Assembly: GCA_963790475.1 (NCBI GenBank)
Contig: CAWBOS010000011.1
Span: 128,001 to 192,000 of the forward strand
Direction: 5' to 3'
Length of the DNA stretch: 64,000 bases
From: an uncultured delta proteobacterium
Lineage (GTDB): Bacteria; Desulfobacterota; RBG-13-43-22
In this document: piece by piece, positions 20,004 through 30,117 of the stretch
How positions within the stretch are numbered: position 1 is the stretch's first letter
How the letters are laid out: every line of letters begins with the position of its first letter
Program-made: the position numbers and the translations under genes
Notes under the pieces: generated by a model
Databases searched by the model: none
Seen by the model: the letters and a program-made list of their open reading frames with translations, nothing else
Told to the model about the DNA's origin: nothing

Positions 20004-21986
20004 CCCATCTTCCGCAGTTTGGAGAAAAAATCAAGAAAAACGTGATGAATTTTCAGGAATTGTTAAATGATTTCAAGTCCTGATCTTTGAAAATTGGATG
20101 TAGTGAAGACCACCCCCTTGCCAGGTGCTGTGGGAACGGAGATAATGGGGTTATGTATCTCCGGCGTGCAACCAAAAAGAAAGGTGGAGCGGAGTACGAG
20201 AGCTGGCTTTTAGTTGAGTCGGTCCGTACTGCCCGAGGGCCCCGTCAGCGAGTAGTGGCGACGATAGGGAAACTTCCTGGCCTTGATCGGGAAGAGCGGA
20301 TAGGTTGGGAGGAGATCGGACGGATTCTTTCCGGAAAGCCTCTACCTGGACCTGAACTGTTTGAGCAGGGGGAAGACCCCCCATCTTGGGCCACGGTCAA
20401 TATCCATGGCGTAAGCGTCGAGCGACTCAGAGGCTTCGGCGATGTCTATTTGGGGTTGCTTTTGTGGAACAAACTGGGGCTTGCCAGGTTCTGCCGAGAT
20501 CATATTCCTTCCAACCGGGAAGAGATTCCTTGGTCGATCATGGCGTCTATTTTAGTTCTTGGACGCTTTTGCGCCCCATCGTCGGAATTACAGATGGCCG
20601 AGTTTTGGTATGGCCAGACGGCCTTAGACGATCTGCTGGGAGTGGCCGACTATAAGATCAATGAGGATCGGCTTTATCGTGCCCTGGATGCCTTGCTTCC
20701 CCACAAGGATGCCTTAAGCCGTCACCTTCAGGAGCGTTATGGGGAACTGTTCGGCAGTAGCTTTGATTTTTTGTTTTATGACATAACCTCCACCTATTTT
20801 GAGGGGACCGCCAAGGGCAATGCCCAGGCCAAGAGGGGTTACAGCCGGGACAGTCGTCCAGATTGTCCCCAGGTCTGCATCGGCCTGGTGGCCACCCGAG
20901 AGGGCTTTCCCATAGCCTTTGAGGTTTTTGACGGCAATCGACCGGATGTCACGACGACCCAAGAGATGGTTCAGATGATGGAGGCCAAATACGGCCAAGC
21001 CAACCGGATCTGGGTTATGGATCGCGGCATGGTGAGTGAGGAGAATCTGGAGTTTATGCGCAAAGTCGGTGCCCGCTATTTGGTCGGCACCCCAAAAGTG
21101 ATGCTGAAGAAGTTTGAGCAGCAGCTTTTCGAACAGAACTGGGAAGCGGTCCAACCTGGTGTTGAGGTCAAGCTCTGTTGCTCGCCGGAAGGAACGGATG
21201 AAATCTTTGTCCTGTGCCGGTCTCAAGGCCGGAAGGAGAAAGAAAACGCCATTCTAAACCACTTTTTGACCCGACTGGAAAGCCAACTGGATCACCTGGC
21301 CCGCCAGGCCGAAACCGGCAAGCTCCGAGACAAGCAGAAAGTCGAGCGGAGAATAGGGCGACTGCTGGAACAAAATAAACGTGCGGCCTCGTTGTTCAAT
21401 ATTACAGTCATAGAGACCGGTACCGGAAAAGACGCACCGCTTTCCCTAGAAGTCAAGAAGAACGAACAACGGCAACAGTGGGCCTTGGAGACCGGCGGTA
21501 GCTACATCCTGCGCACCAACTGGACCGAAAGTGACCCGAAAGTCCTATGGAATACCTACATCCAACTGACGGAAGTGGAAGATTCATTCCGTACCGAGAA
21601 ACATGATCTGGGAATGCGACCGATCTTCCATCAAAAACAGGAACGGACCCAGGCTCATATCCTGGTCTGCTTCTTGGCGCTGACTATGTGGCGAACGCTC
21701 CAGCAATGGATGAAAGCCTCGGGACTCGGTACCGCCCCAAGAAAGCTGTTGGAGGAGTTGCGGGAATTGAAATCTTTGGATGTGCTACTACCGGCGCGGG
21801 AGAGAACCCTCCGGCTCAGAATGGTGGCTACTCCCTCAAAGGAACTCAAAGTGCTGCTTCAGAGATTGAAAATTCTGCTCCCCAACAAACCAAAAATTAT
21901 TGAAAATGTAGTGAAGAAAATGCCCTAATTCTTGTCGTAACTATTTGATATCGCGTCTTCCATGCTTTCTAACTGCGGAAGATGGG
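20004..21986 (+). mobile_element. IS1634-family element
   Basis: 16-bp perfect IR cccatcttccgcagtt / aactgcggaagatggg. Confidence 0.88.
20153..21928 (+). CDS. IS1634-family transposase
   Basis: MYLRR..ESVRTARGPRQR, YDITSTYFEG, GYSRDSRPD, MDRGM, VEDSFR..K..LGMRPIFH. Confidence 0.9.
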   Translation: MYLRRATKKKGGAEYESWLLVESVRTARGPRQRVVATIGKLPGLDREERIGWEEIGRILSGKPLPGPELFEQGEDPPSWATVNIHGVSVERLRGFGDVYLGLLLWNKLGLARFCRDHIPSNREEIPWSIMASILVLGRFCAPSSELQMAEFWYGQTALDDLLGVADYKINEDRLYRALDALLPHKDALSRHLQERYGELFGSSFDFLFYDITSTYFEGTAKGNAQAKRGYSRDSRPDCPQVCIGLVATREGFPIAFEVFDGNRPDVTTTQEMVQMMEAKYGQANRIWVMDRGMVSEENLEFMRKVGARYLVGTPKVMLKKFEQQLFEQNWEAVQPGVEVKLCCSPEGTDEIFVLCRSQGRKEKENAILNHFLTRLESQLDHLARQAETGKLRDKQKVERRIGRLLEQNKRAASLFNITVIETGTGKDAPLSLEVKKNEQRQQWALETGGSYILRTNWTESDPKVLWNTYIQLTEVEDSFRTEKHDLGMRPIFHQKQERTQAHILVCFLALTMWRTLQQWMKASGLGTAPRKLLEELRELKSLDVLLPARERTLRLRMVATPSKELKVLLQRLKILLPNKPKIIENVVKKMP

Positions 21987-22122
21987 CTACTCTTTGCCCC
22001 TATTGAAAATGGGCAGTGGAAGCCCCCGACCACCATAGTTCTTGGTAGATGCGGTGTTCCGAAGGATTCAAAAACGGCCCAACTTTCCAGTCTAATCCGA
22101 ATTTACATACGCGTAGCAAATC

Positions 22123-22905
22123 TCATTTTCTTTTCAGTTTAAGGCGGTCGAAGATAACCTGCTTGCCAAGGTGATATAAAAATCTTGGATTGTTATAGAG
22201 GTATCTTTTCCACAGTCTCCGTTGTTCCACACACAATCTGAATACCCACTCCAAGCCGCGATTCTGCATCCATTGTGGTGCTTGTTTTACACGGCCAGCG
22301 TGGAAATCGAATGCCGCCCCGACCCCCACCATGACAGGTGTACTAATACGGCTGACGTGGCTTGCCATCCAGTACTCTTGTTTCGGCGCCCCGAGGCCGA
22401 CCCAAAGAATGTTTGCTCCGCTTGCGTTTATTGTTTTCACCACCTGCTCGTCCTCAATGTCTGTCAGGGACCTAAACGGAGGCGAGTACCAACCAGCGAT
22501 TCTAATGCCAGGGAAACGACTAGACAGGTTTTCCGCGAGCCGTTCCGGTACACCCTGCCCGCCGCCGTAGAAAAAGTGAGAGTAGCCTTTCTCAACACTC
22601 CTTTCGCAAACGGTCAAAAGCAAATCGGGACCATAGACTCTCTCCCGTTGGTCAAAGCCAAGCAGTCTCGCAGCCCATACTAATGGCATTCCATCCGGCA
22701 CCGCCAAGGTGGCATTATTGTTGATTTGCTGAAACTTTTTATCATCCACTCCTGTCATAACAGTATGCACGTTACACACACAAAGATAATGCTTGCCCCC
22801 GGAGACGATCAGGCTTTCAATAGATTGCGCCGTTTGTTCGAGTGTAAGAAGGTTAATCTTCATATTTAGTATAGATACACTAATCGGTATGATAGGAGTC
22901 TTCAA
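22123..22905 (-). CDS. WecB/TagA/CpsF family glycosyltransferase
   Basis: PDGMPLVW, RVYGPDL, VGLGAPKQE, GVGAAFDF, GLEW. Confidence 0.92.
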   Translation of the reverse strand: MKTPIIPISVSILNMKINLLTLEQTAQSIESLIVSGGKHYLCVCNVHTVMTGVDDKKFQQINNNATLAVPDGMPLVWAARLLGFDQRERVYGPDLLLTVCERSVEKGYSHFFYGGGQGVPERLAENLSSRFPGIRIAGWYSPPFRSLTDIEDEQVVKTINASGANILWVGLGAPKQEYWMASHVSRISTPVMVGVGAAFDFHAGRVKQAPQWMQNRGLEWVFRLCVEQRRLWKRYLYNNPRFLYHLGKQVIFDRLKLKRK

Positions 22906-23083
22906 GATACATCCTTTTTAGAGTGTCGTTCTAGTGCCAACCGGGATAAGGCTAAAGAACCCACACGAAACACATCCCCTTACTCATTTCTCGCCGCCAT
23001 CAGTTAAAGCTGAGTCTATTTACATAAGATGTTTGAAACTCATCACAGAAACAGTCAAGATAAAAACTCGTGAGTTTATCAAT

Positions 23084-24058
23084 TCAACCTCTCAAGCCAG
23101 TCATTTTGGGTTGATTCGATTCTGTGCTCCTTTTAAAAGTCCGTCCTATTCGTTGAAAGGTCATCTTAGGTGAACAGAGGCTGGAATAAATTAAACGGGT
23201 AATACCTCTGGCCAGCTTGGCATTAAGAATGTCGATAAGAGCCATTCGGTATTGGATACTGGCGTAAACTTCCATGGCCTCAGCCAACCGAATCAACCAA
23301 GGCCGTTTCTGATACACAGCGTGAAACTCATCAAAAGTTATTTCTGACTCATGAAGCTGTCTTCTCACAGCACACCCAGTTGCGTAAGCGTATTGCTCTT
23401 TGACTTCACCTAATTTTCTGGAGTTAATGCTATTCGAATGCAGCCGATAGCAATGAAGCACATCTCTTAAATTGTGAAGTTCCGCCACCTCGCCCACGCG
23501 TAGAAAAAAATCTAGGTCCTCTCCTACACCATCCGTTCGGTAGCCTCCGACTTTTTTTGCCAAAACTGTCCGAAACATTATACTGGGATGACAAATTCCG
23601 TGCCTACCACTGAGAAGATTTGAATAAATCCGTCCATGATTTAGAGCAAGCGGCGGTGAAAATCCACTTCTTCCTGACCCCGTGAAATACTTTATCTGCG
23701 TGCCCACCAACCCTACATGTGGATGTTCCAATAAGAAGCCTAATTGTGTTTCCAACATGGTCGATAGTGCTATGTCATCTGCATCCATTCGCGCTATAAA
23801 TTCCGTGCTACAAAGCTCCAAGCCGACGTTTAATACAGCACCAAGACCTCGTTTCGGCTGTGTCACAACTTGAACTCGTTTATCGGTCAAATTGCTAAGG
23901 TAAATGGCGGATCCATCCGTCGAGCCATCGTTAATTATCAAGAAAAGAAAATCCTGTAACGTCTGTGATAAAATAGAGTCAACTGCTTCAATCAAATAGG
24001 GCATGCCATTATAAACGGGCATAAGCACAGTTACTATTGGGCGCAATCTCTTGACCAA
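23084..24058 (-). CDS. Glycosyltransferase family 2
   Basis: VLMPVYNG, INDGSTD, ARMDADD, EDLDF. Confidence 0.9.
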   Translation of the reverse strand: MVKRLRPIVTVLMPVYNGMPYLIEAVDSILSQTLQDFLFLIINDGSTDGSAIYLSNLTDKRVQVVTQPKRGLGAVLNVGLELCSTEFIARMDADDIALSTMLETQLGFLLEHPHVGLVGTQIKYFTGSGRSGFSPPLALNHGRIYSNLLSGRHGICHPSIMFRTVLAKKVGGYRTDGVGEDLDFFLRVGEVAELHNLRDVLHCYRLHSNSINSRKLGEVKEQYAYATGCAVRRQLHESEITFDEFHAVYQKRPWLIRLAEAMEVYASIQYRMALIDILNAKLARGITRLIYSSLCSPKMTFQRIGRTFKRSTESNQPKMTGLRG

Positions 24059-24201
24059 TTAGCCCTTCAACGATGCATAGTCCTTAATGGCCAATTTCTT
24101 TTTCCGATGTGAAAGATAGGCTTTGTGATTTCTCATTTGGATCCAGTGTACGAGTTCCAAGGTGGTCTGGATGGTAAATTTCCGCAAAGTCAACACATAT
24201 T

Positions 24202-25624
24202 GAGAGCTTTGAATTTATAGTTTATGATAGTCCTATTTCAATAAGTGCAATTTTAAAAAATTTGATTTAAATTTTTGACTCAACGGCCACTAAATGGGCT
24301 AATAACAATAGTCAAGAGGGTTATTTTAGGACTCTGAGAGCCCCCGGAGACCCTCTTGGGTCGCCCTGGTCCTGCCTTGGGCGAACCCTCTCCCCCGATT
24401 TAGGTAGCCAGTATGATCTTTGAACCTCGAAAAAGATTAAAGGCCATCTGCCGGAACATCGCGTCCATTGCATTCTTGAACAGGGTGGTAAACCGAGCCC
24501 GGTAAGCTCTTTGATGTAAATGGCTTAAACCAAAGTACTGCTCAACGATATAGCGTTTTTGAGATATCTTCTTATTTCGTTCTTTCTCATATGCGGTTAA
24601 TTTGGCCGTGATCGTATCTTTCCGCATAATCCCGTCTTTGATCTGATTCAGACTGAGAAAGCTGCGGTTCGGTCCTCCGAAGTAACCCTTATCCGCATAA
24701 ATGATTTTAATCGGCTGATCCGTATGGCAACTGGCTTCGGCACAAAGAGGCAGATAGGGAGAATCGTGATGGGATGCCGGCGTAAGCTCCGTGGCCAAGA
24801 CAAACCCATTATCAACATCCACTGAGGCATGTTCTTTAAGACCATAATGGGGAATATCATTCTTAACCATCCAATCGGATTCTATATCTCGGAAGAATTT
24901 AAGCGGCTTCCCATTTTTATCCCGTTGACCCTCGGCAGTCTCTTTCTTTTCCTTTTGTTCCTTCAGTTCTTCAGCGCTAAGAGGATGGCTGGCCGATTGG
25001 ATCAACCGGGCATCTATGGCGATCCCTTCATTGATGGTTAATCCCTGCCGGGAAAACTGTTGCAACACTTCATTGTTAACCCAGGTCATCGCTTCTTTCG
25101 ACAGCCGACTCCGAAATCGGGAAAACGTAGAATGATCGGGAGAGGAATGATCAAAGGGTAAGCCTAAAACTTCTTAAAGGATAGACGATCGTTGATCTGG
25201 TTCTCTAATTCAGGATCTGACGGAATGTGAAACCATTTCTGCAGTAATAAAGCTTTCAAAAGCATTAATGGCGGGTAGGCATCGGCCCCTTCTTCCTGCC
25301 TTCCAACCACGTAATAGTCCATCAGCCGTTCTTCTACTTTAGTCCAGTCGATTACTCTGTTGATCCATTCCATGGTTTTCAGGCTTCGGTTTTTCTCCAT
25401 CGACCTGCTCAACCCGATATCCCCAAAGCTGACATTCTGATTCCACTTTTTATAGCCCATTTCTCCCCCTTGTAATGCCTTCGGTGGAGAAATCTTATTC
25501 TTTTTATGCATCTTTGTAAAGTTATTTCAGTTAGTTATTTTATATCTTGACTGTTTTTTGCTTCCTATTAAAGCTTTTTCAAATCCTCTTTTCACTCACT
25601 TTGGCATGGTTGTGCAAAGGTCTC
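24202..25624 (-). mobile_element. IS5-family element copy 1 (transposase frameshifted: 25164-25511 plus 24400-25089), TSD ATATT
   Basis: Ends gagagctttgaa / tgcaaaggtctc; DAYPPL..LLQKWF..SD, IDARLI, YADKGY, RYIVEQYFG. Confidence 0.9.
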
Positions 25625-25631
25625 ATATTGT

Positions 25632-27071
25632 GAGAGCTTTGAATTTATAGGTTATGAGAGTCTTATTTCAAAAAGGGCCATTTTAAAAAAATTCTAATTT
25701 AAATTTTCAACTCAACGGCCACTAAATGGGCCAATAACAATAACCACGAGGTTGTTTTAGGACTCTGAGAACTCCCGGAGCCCCTCTTGGGTCGCCCTGA
25801 CCCTGCCTTGGGCGAACCCTCTCCCCCGATTTAGGTAGCCAGTATGATCTTTGAACCCCGAAAGAGATTAAAGGCCATTTGCCTAAACATGGCATCCATT
25901 ACATTTTTAAAGATCGTTGTAAATCGAGCTCGTTTCGCTCCCGTATGTAAATGGCTCAAACCAAAATACTGCTCAACGATGTATCGCTTTTGGGATATCT
26001 TCTTGTTTCGGTCTATCTCATATTCGGTCAGCTTGGCCGTGGTCGTATCCTTCCGCATAATCCCATCTTTGATGTGATTCAGGCTAAGAAAGCTGCGATT
26101 GGGTTCCCCGAAGTAACCCTTATCAGCATAAATTATTTTAATCGGTTCTTCCGTATGATCACGCCTCGGCGTGACTGCACAAAGAGGCAGATAGGGGGAA
26201 TCGTGATGGGAGGCCGGGGTTAGTTCCGTAGCCAAAACCAGTCCGTTATTGATATCTACTGAAGCATGTTCTTTTAGCCCATAATGGGGAATATCATTCT
26301 TAACGGTCCAATCGGATTCTATATCTCTCCCAAATTTAAGCGGCTTCCCATTCTTATCCACTTGACCTTCAGGGGAGATTCTTTTTTCTTTTTGCTTTTC
26401 CAGTTCATCATTGCTTAAAGGATGACTGGCCGATTGGATCAACCGAGCATCTATGGCGATCCCTTCATTGATAGTTAATCCCTGCCGGGAAAACTGTTGT
26501 AACACTTCATTGTTTATCCAGGTCATCGCTTCTTTCGACAGCCGACTCCGAAACCGGGAAAATGTGGAATGATCGGGAGAGATATGATCAAAGGGTAAGC
26601 TTAAAAACTTCTTAAAGGACAGACGATCGTTAATCTGGTTCTCCAATTCAGGATCAGAGGGAATATGAAACCATTTCTGCAGCAGTAAGGCCTTCAAAAG
26701 CATCAAGGGCGGGTAGGCATCGGCCCCTTCCTCCTGCCTTCCAACCTCGTAATAGTCCATCAACCGTTCTTCCACTTTAGTCCAGTCAATCACTCGGTTG
26801 ATACGATCCATGGTTTTCAGGCTTCGGTTTTTCTCCATCGATCTGCTTAACCCGATATCTACGAAACTGACATTCTGATTCCACTTTTTATAACCCATTT
26901 CTCCCCCTGGTATTGATTTCAGTGGAGAAATTATATTCTTTTTATGCTTCTTTGTCAAGTTATTCCAATTAGTTAATTAATTCTTTTAATTGTTTTTCTG
27001 CTTCCTTTTAATCTTTTTCCGGCTTCTCTATCTTCTTTCCACAAACTTTGGCACGGTTATGCAAAGGTCTC
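25632..27071 (-). mobile_element. IS5-family element copy 2, TSD ATTGT
   Basis: Same ends as copy 1; intact transposase ORF. Confidence 0.92.
25831..26958 (-). CDS. IS5-family transposase (intact)
   Basis: PDHSTFSRFR, IDARLIQSA, HYGLKEH, YADKGY, VEQYFG; true start may be the internal MGYKK. Confidence 0.9.
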   Translation of the reverse strand: MTKKHKKNIISPLKSIPGGEMGYKKWNQNVSFVDIGLSRSMEKNRSLKTMDRINRVIDWTKVEERLMDYYEVGRQEEGADAYPPLMLLKALLLQKWFHIPSDPELENQINDRLSFKKFLSLPFDHISPDHSTFSRFRSRLSKEAMTWINNEVLQQFSRQGLTINEGIAIDARLIQSASHPLSNDELEKQKEKRISPEGQVDKNGKPLKFGRDIESDWTVKNDIPHYGLKEHASVDINNGLVLATELTPASHHDSPYLPLCAVTPRRDHTEEPIKIIYADKGYFGEPNRSFLSLNHIKDGIMRKDTTTAKLTEYEIDRNKKISQKRYIVEQYFGLSHLHTGAKRARFTTIFKNVMDAMFRQMAFNLFRGSKIILAT

Positions 27072-27308
27072 ATTGTATCAGAGCCCTAAGCTGCGAAAGC
27101 TTAATAGACGGCGCTTTTTCCCCCAACCAGGGTGTGTGATAAGGTTGGCTCGGCGTCAGTCGGTGTTATCTTAATGATTCCTGACCGCCCAGTGGTCACC
27201 GGATGTCCCCTAAGGAACTATTTACCTTCTCGTCTGCCTTGAAATGGTAAAGTAATTGTGGACACCAAGAAAAGCGTGATAAAATAAAAGAGCTTTTGGA
27301 GGTGACCC

Positions 27309-27605
27309 ATGATCAAAGAGAAAAAGAAGTATACCCCCGAGTTTAAGATGGATGCCGTACGTTTGGTAACCGAGCAGGGGTACAAAACGACAGAAGCCGC
27401 CCGGAATTTAGGAATCCATCCCGGTGTATTGAACCGCTGGAAACAACAATTGGCCTCTGATGGGAAGAATGCCTTCCCCGGCAAGGGGCATCTGATCCCG
27501 GAAAAGGAAGAACTGCAGCGACTCCGGAAGGAAAACCAGCGGCTGAGAATGGAGCGTGACATCTTAAAAAAGGCCACGGCCTTCTTTGCCAAAGAGTCGA
27601 GGTAA
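27309..27605 (+). CDS. IS3 transposase OrfA
   Basis: Highly similar to 18213-18509. Confidence 0.92.
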   Translation: MIKEKKKYTPEFKMDAVRLVTEQGYKTTEAARNLGIHPGVLNRWKQQLASDGKNAFPGKGHLIPEKEELQRLRKENQRLRMERDILKKATAFFAKESR

Positions 27606-27652
27606 GATACGACTTTGTCCGGCAGCAACAGAAGGCCTATCCCGTAACCGTT

Positions 27653-28471
27653 TTGTGCCGGGTTATGGAAGTCAGCCGGAGTGGATATTATAAGTTTTTG
27701 AAAAAAAGCCATAAGCAAGTTGATAAGGATTTTAAATTGTTATCCCTGGTTCGCCATATCCATCAAAAATATCGAGGGACCTATGGTTCCCGCCGAATGT
27801 CCAAAGAGCTTCGAGCCAGGGGATACGATGTGGGGCGTTCCCGGGCCGGGAGTCTAATGAAGAAAGCCGGTTTGGAAGTGAACCGTCCCAAGAAATTCAA
27901 AAGAACGACCGATAGTCGTCATCATCTGCCAGTGGCCCCCAATTTGGTGAACCAGCAGTTCCAGGTCGATCAACCGGATTCTATCTGGTGTGGCGACATC
28001 ACCTATCTCTGGACCCTGGAGGGATGGTTGTATCTGGCTGTCATTATTGACCTGTATTCACGCAAAGTAGTCGGTTGGGCCTTGGATAGTCATTTGAAGA
28101 CGACCTTGGTTCTGGAGGCCCTCCGCATGGCTTATTGGCGTCGAAAACCGGCCAAAGGGTTAATCCATCATTCCGATCGGGGCAGCCAATATGCTGCCTA
28201 TGAATACCAACAACAATTAAAAACCTTCGGCATGATCCCCAGTATGAGCCGAAAAGGGGACTGTTATGATAATGCCGTGGTAGAAAGTTTTTTTCACACC
28301 TTAAAAAATGAACAGTTGGGGGATCAGGTCTATCCAACCCGTGAAGAAGCCCGTCGGGAAGTTATCGACTATATCGAGATGTTTTACAACAGCTACCGGC
28401 TCCATTCGTCCCTGGGTTACCTGGCCCCTAATGATTTTGAACTGACCTTTGTTTCGAAAAAAATTGCTTAA
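27653..28471 (+). CDS. IS3 transposase OrfB
   Basis: DDE motifs as in copy 1. Confidence 0.92.
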   Translation: MCRVMEVSRSGYYKFLKKSHKQVDKDFKLLSLVRHIHQKYRGTYGSRRMSKELRARGYDVGRSRAGSLMKKAGLEVNRPKKFKRTTDSRHHLPVAPNLVNQQFQVDQPDSIWCGDITYLWTLEGWLYLAVIIDLYSRKVVGWALDSHLKTTLVLEALRMAYWRRKPAKGLIHHSDRGSQYAAYEYQQQLKTFGMIPSMSRKGDCYDNAVVESFFHTLKNEQLGDQVYPTREEARREVIDYIEMFYNSYRLHSSLGYLAPNDFELTFVSKKIA

Positions 28472-28498
28472 CCCAGTGTCCATTTTTACTTGACCAGA

Positions 28499-29581
28499 TC
28501 ACCTTACAACTTGAAGCGGATTGATGCCCATACTCTCTACACATGATTTACAGGGCAAAAACAGATCACCTTCCAAATGTCTTCTCCTTAAATCCTTGTA
28601 ATACTCATTATTCCAAGGGTCGTCATCGTAAACCTTTCCATTGTCGTGCATATTAAGCACCTGCATGGGGCAGCCTCCAACGTTTCCATCCCCATCAACC
28701 TGCAATATGCTAAACGGCCATCTGCAGACGACTCTTTCTTTATCAGCACCTTTCAGGAGATAAGGCCACGTTACATCGCAACGATATTTCCTCGACATAA
28801 GTCCCTTGAATGTGTCAAGTACCCCAGCATCATCGAGACAAACGCATCGCTCTTCTGGGAAAAAACCAGGGTAGGGTGCCGGCTGGATATGGAGGAACAC
28901 AACTTCATCAACCCCCAAGTCCTCTGCAAAAGCAATCATATCTGCCATGTACCAGAAGTTGCACTTGTCCACGATAAATGAGACTTCAATCCGAATGGCA
29001 GTTTTGTTTCGACGTTTACCATGAACCAAAGCCTCAATATTACTTACTATTTTCGAATGAGACTCTTTTGCATTCCCAGTCATACGGTGGAATTCTTGAG
29101 ACGTATGTCCATTGAGGCTTACAGATATCCTGTCAAGTCCGCTGCCCACAATATCCTTGACAAAATTATCCAGGATAAGTCCATTGGAAATCGTATTCAC
29201 CACCATTCGCCGTTTGGTGGCTTCACTTATCATGTCAAATAGGCAAGCATTGAGGAGAGGTTCCCCGGTACCGATCAAGCTCAGTCTTACGGTCCGGGGA
29301 TAACGATCCAAAACAAAACGCAATAGTTCAACAGACGCGTCTTGGCTTGGGCGGTGACGATGCAAATAATTCTCTGGAATCTTGCCGGAATGAGTCGGAC
29401 ACATATCGCAGCGCAAATTGCAGCTGTCAGTCGCAAAAATTGATATGTGAGTGGGCATCCAAGATACCAGCTCGGTTCGAGGAGAAAAACGACTGTGCGC
29501 TAGATTCGCGAGCTGGCCGAGGCCCACCCTTCCTGCAAGCACTCTCAAAGTATAATCCAAGTATCTGCTTCGTATTCCCAT
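28499..29581 (-). CDS. Radical SAM / SPASM(twitch) domain protein
   Basis: CNLRCDMC, GTGEPLL, CRWPFS...GGC...CKSC; IS3 removes only the last 4 residues (QTRR* at 27222-27236). Confidence 0.88.
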   Translation of the reverse strand: MGIRSRYLDYTLRVLAGRVGLGQLANLAHSRFSPRTELVSWMPTHISIFATDSCNLRCDMCPTHSGKIPENYLHRHRPSQDASVELLRFVLDRYPRTVRLSLIGTGEPLLNACLFDMISEATKRRMVVNTISNGLILDNFVKDIVGSGLDRISVSLNGHTSQEFHRMTGNAKESHSKIVSNIEALVHGKRRNKTAIRIEVSFIVDKCNFWYMADMIAFAEDLGVDEVVFLHIQPAPYPGFFPEERCVCLDDAGVLDTFKGLMSRKYRCDVTWPYLLKGADKERVVCRWPFSILQVDGDGNVGGCPMQVLNMHDNGKVYDDDPWNNEYYKDLRRRHLEGDLFLPCKSCVESMGINPLQVVR

Positions 29582-29714
29582 TGTTACCTTCCTTTATGCA
29601 AGCCACTTGCAATCATTACATTGGCCCTGTGATCTTGGCTATCTGTCTTCACCTTGAGAATTACCACGCCCTGAAAATCCTATATTCCACCATTTTGATC
29701 GTGAACCAACAGCT

Positions 29715-30065
29715 TTGTGGCAATACCTCGGGTTATTCCCGCGTGCCCTGAGATGGCGGAATAAGTTTTCCAGAAGACTTGGACGGGGCTCTCATCTTAA
29801 CCATTTAGTCATACTCGGGCTCATCGCACAGGGCTTGCTTCAGATTCTCTCGGTCACGGTTACGGAGTTGATCTGCCGCTCGTTCGGCTCCTGGATTCGC
29901 ACCATCAGACTCGGTCTCGCCCCCTCCGAACAGGTCGCGGTCATCGCCCTGCGACATAGCCTTCCGCCTTTTCATGCGGATGATGAAAATGCCTCGATCT
30001 TTACGAAATTCCTGCGGGCGAGGATCGATGACACTCGATTCGAGGGAATCCGACTGATCACGTAA
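29715..30065 (+). pseudogene. C-terminal remnant of a transposase
   Basis: SFGSWIRTIRLGLAPSEQVAVIALRHSLP..FLRARID resembles transposase C-termini (recall); antisense to the operon. Confidence 0.45.
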
Positions 30066-30117
30066 CAACCTTCTCCGCAGAAAGCGGTACTCTCAAGATG
30101 CTAACATTTCTCCTGGA

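Larger units (their letters stand above)
24059..27125 (-). pseudogene. C-terminal remnant of an IS701-like transposase, split by two IS5 elements
   Basis: Joining 27072-27125 to 24059-24201 reads GEKAPSIKLSQLRALIQYVLTLRKFTIQTTLELVHWIQMRNHKAYLSHRKK; family assignment from recall. Confidence 0.55.
27240..28501 (+). mobile_element. IS3-family element copy 2, TSD CCT
   Basis: tgaaatggtaaagtaattgtggacac ... gtgtccatttttacttgaccagatca; diverged relative of copy 1. Confidence 0.93.
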
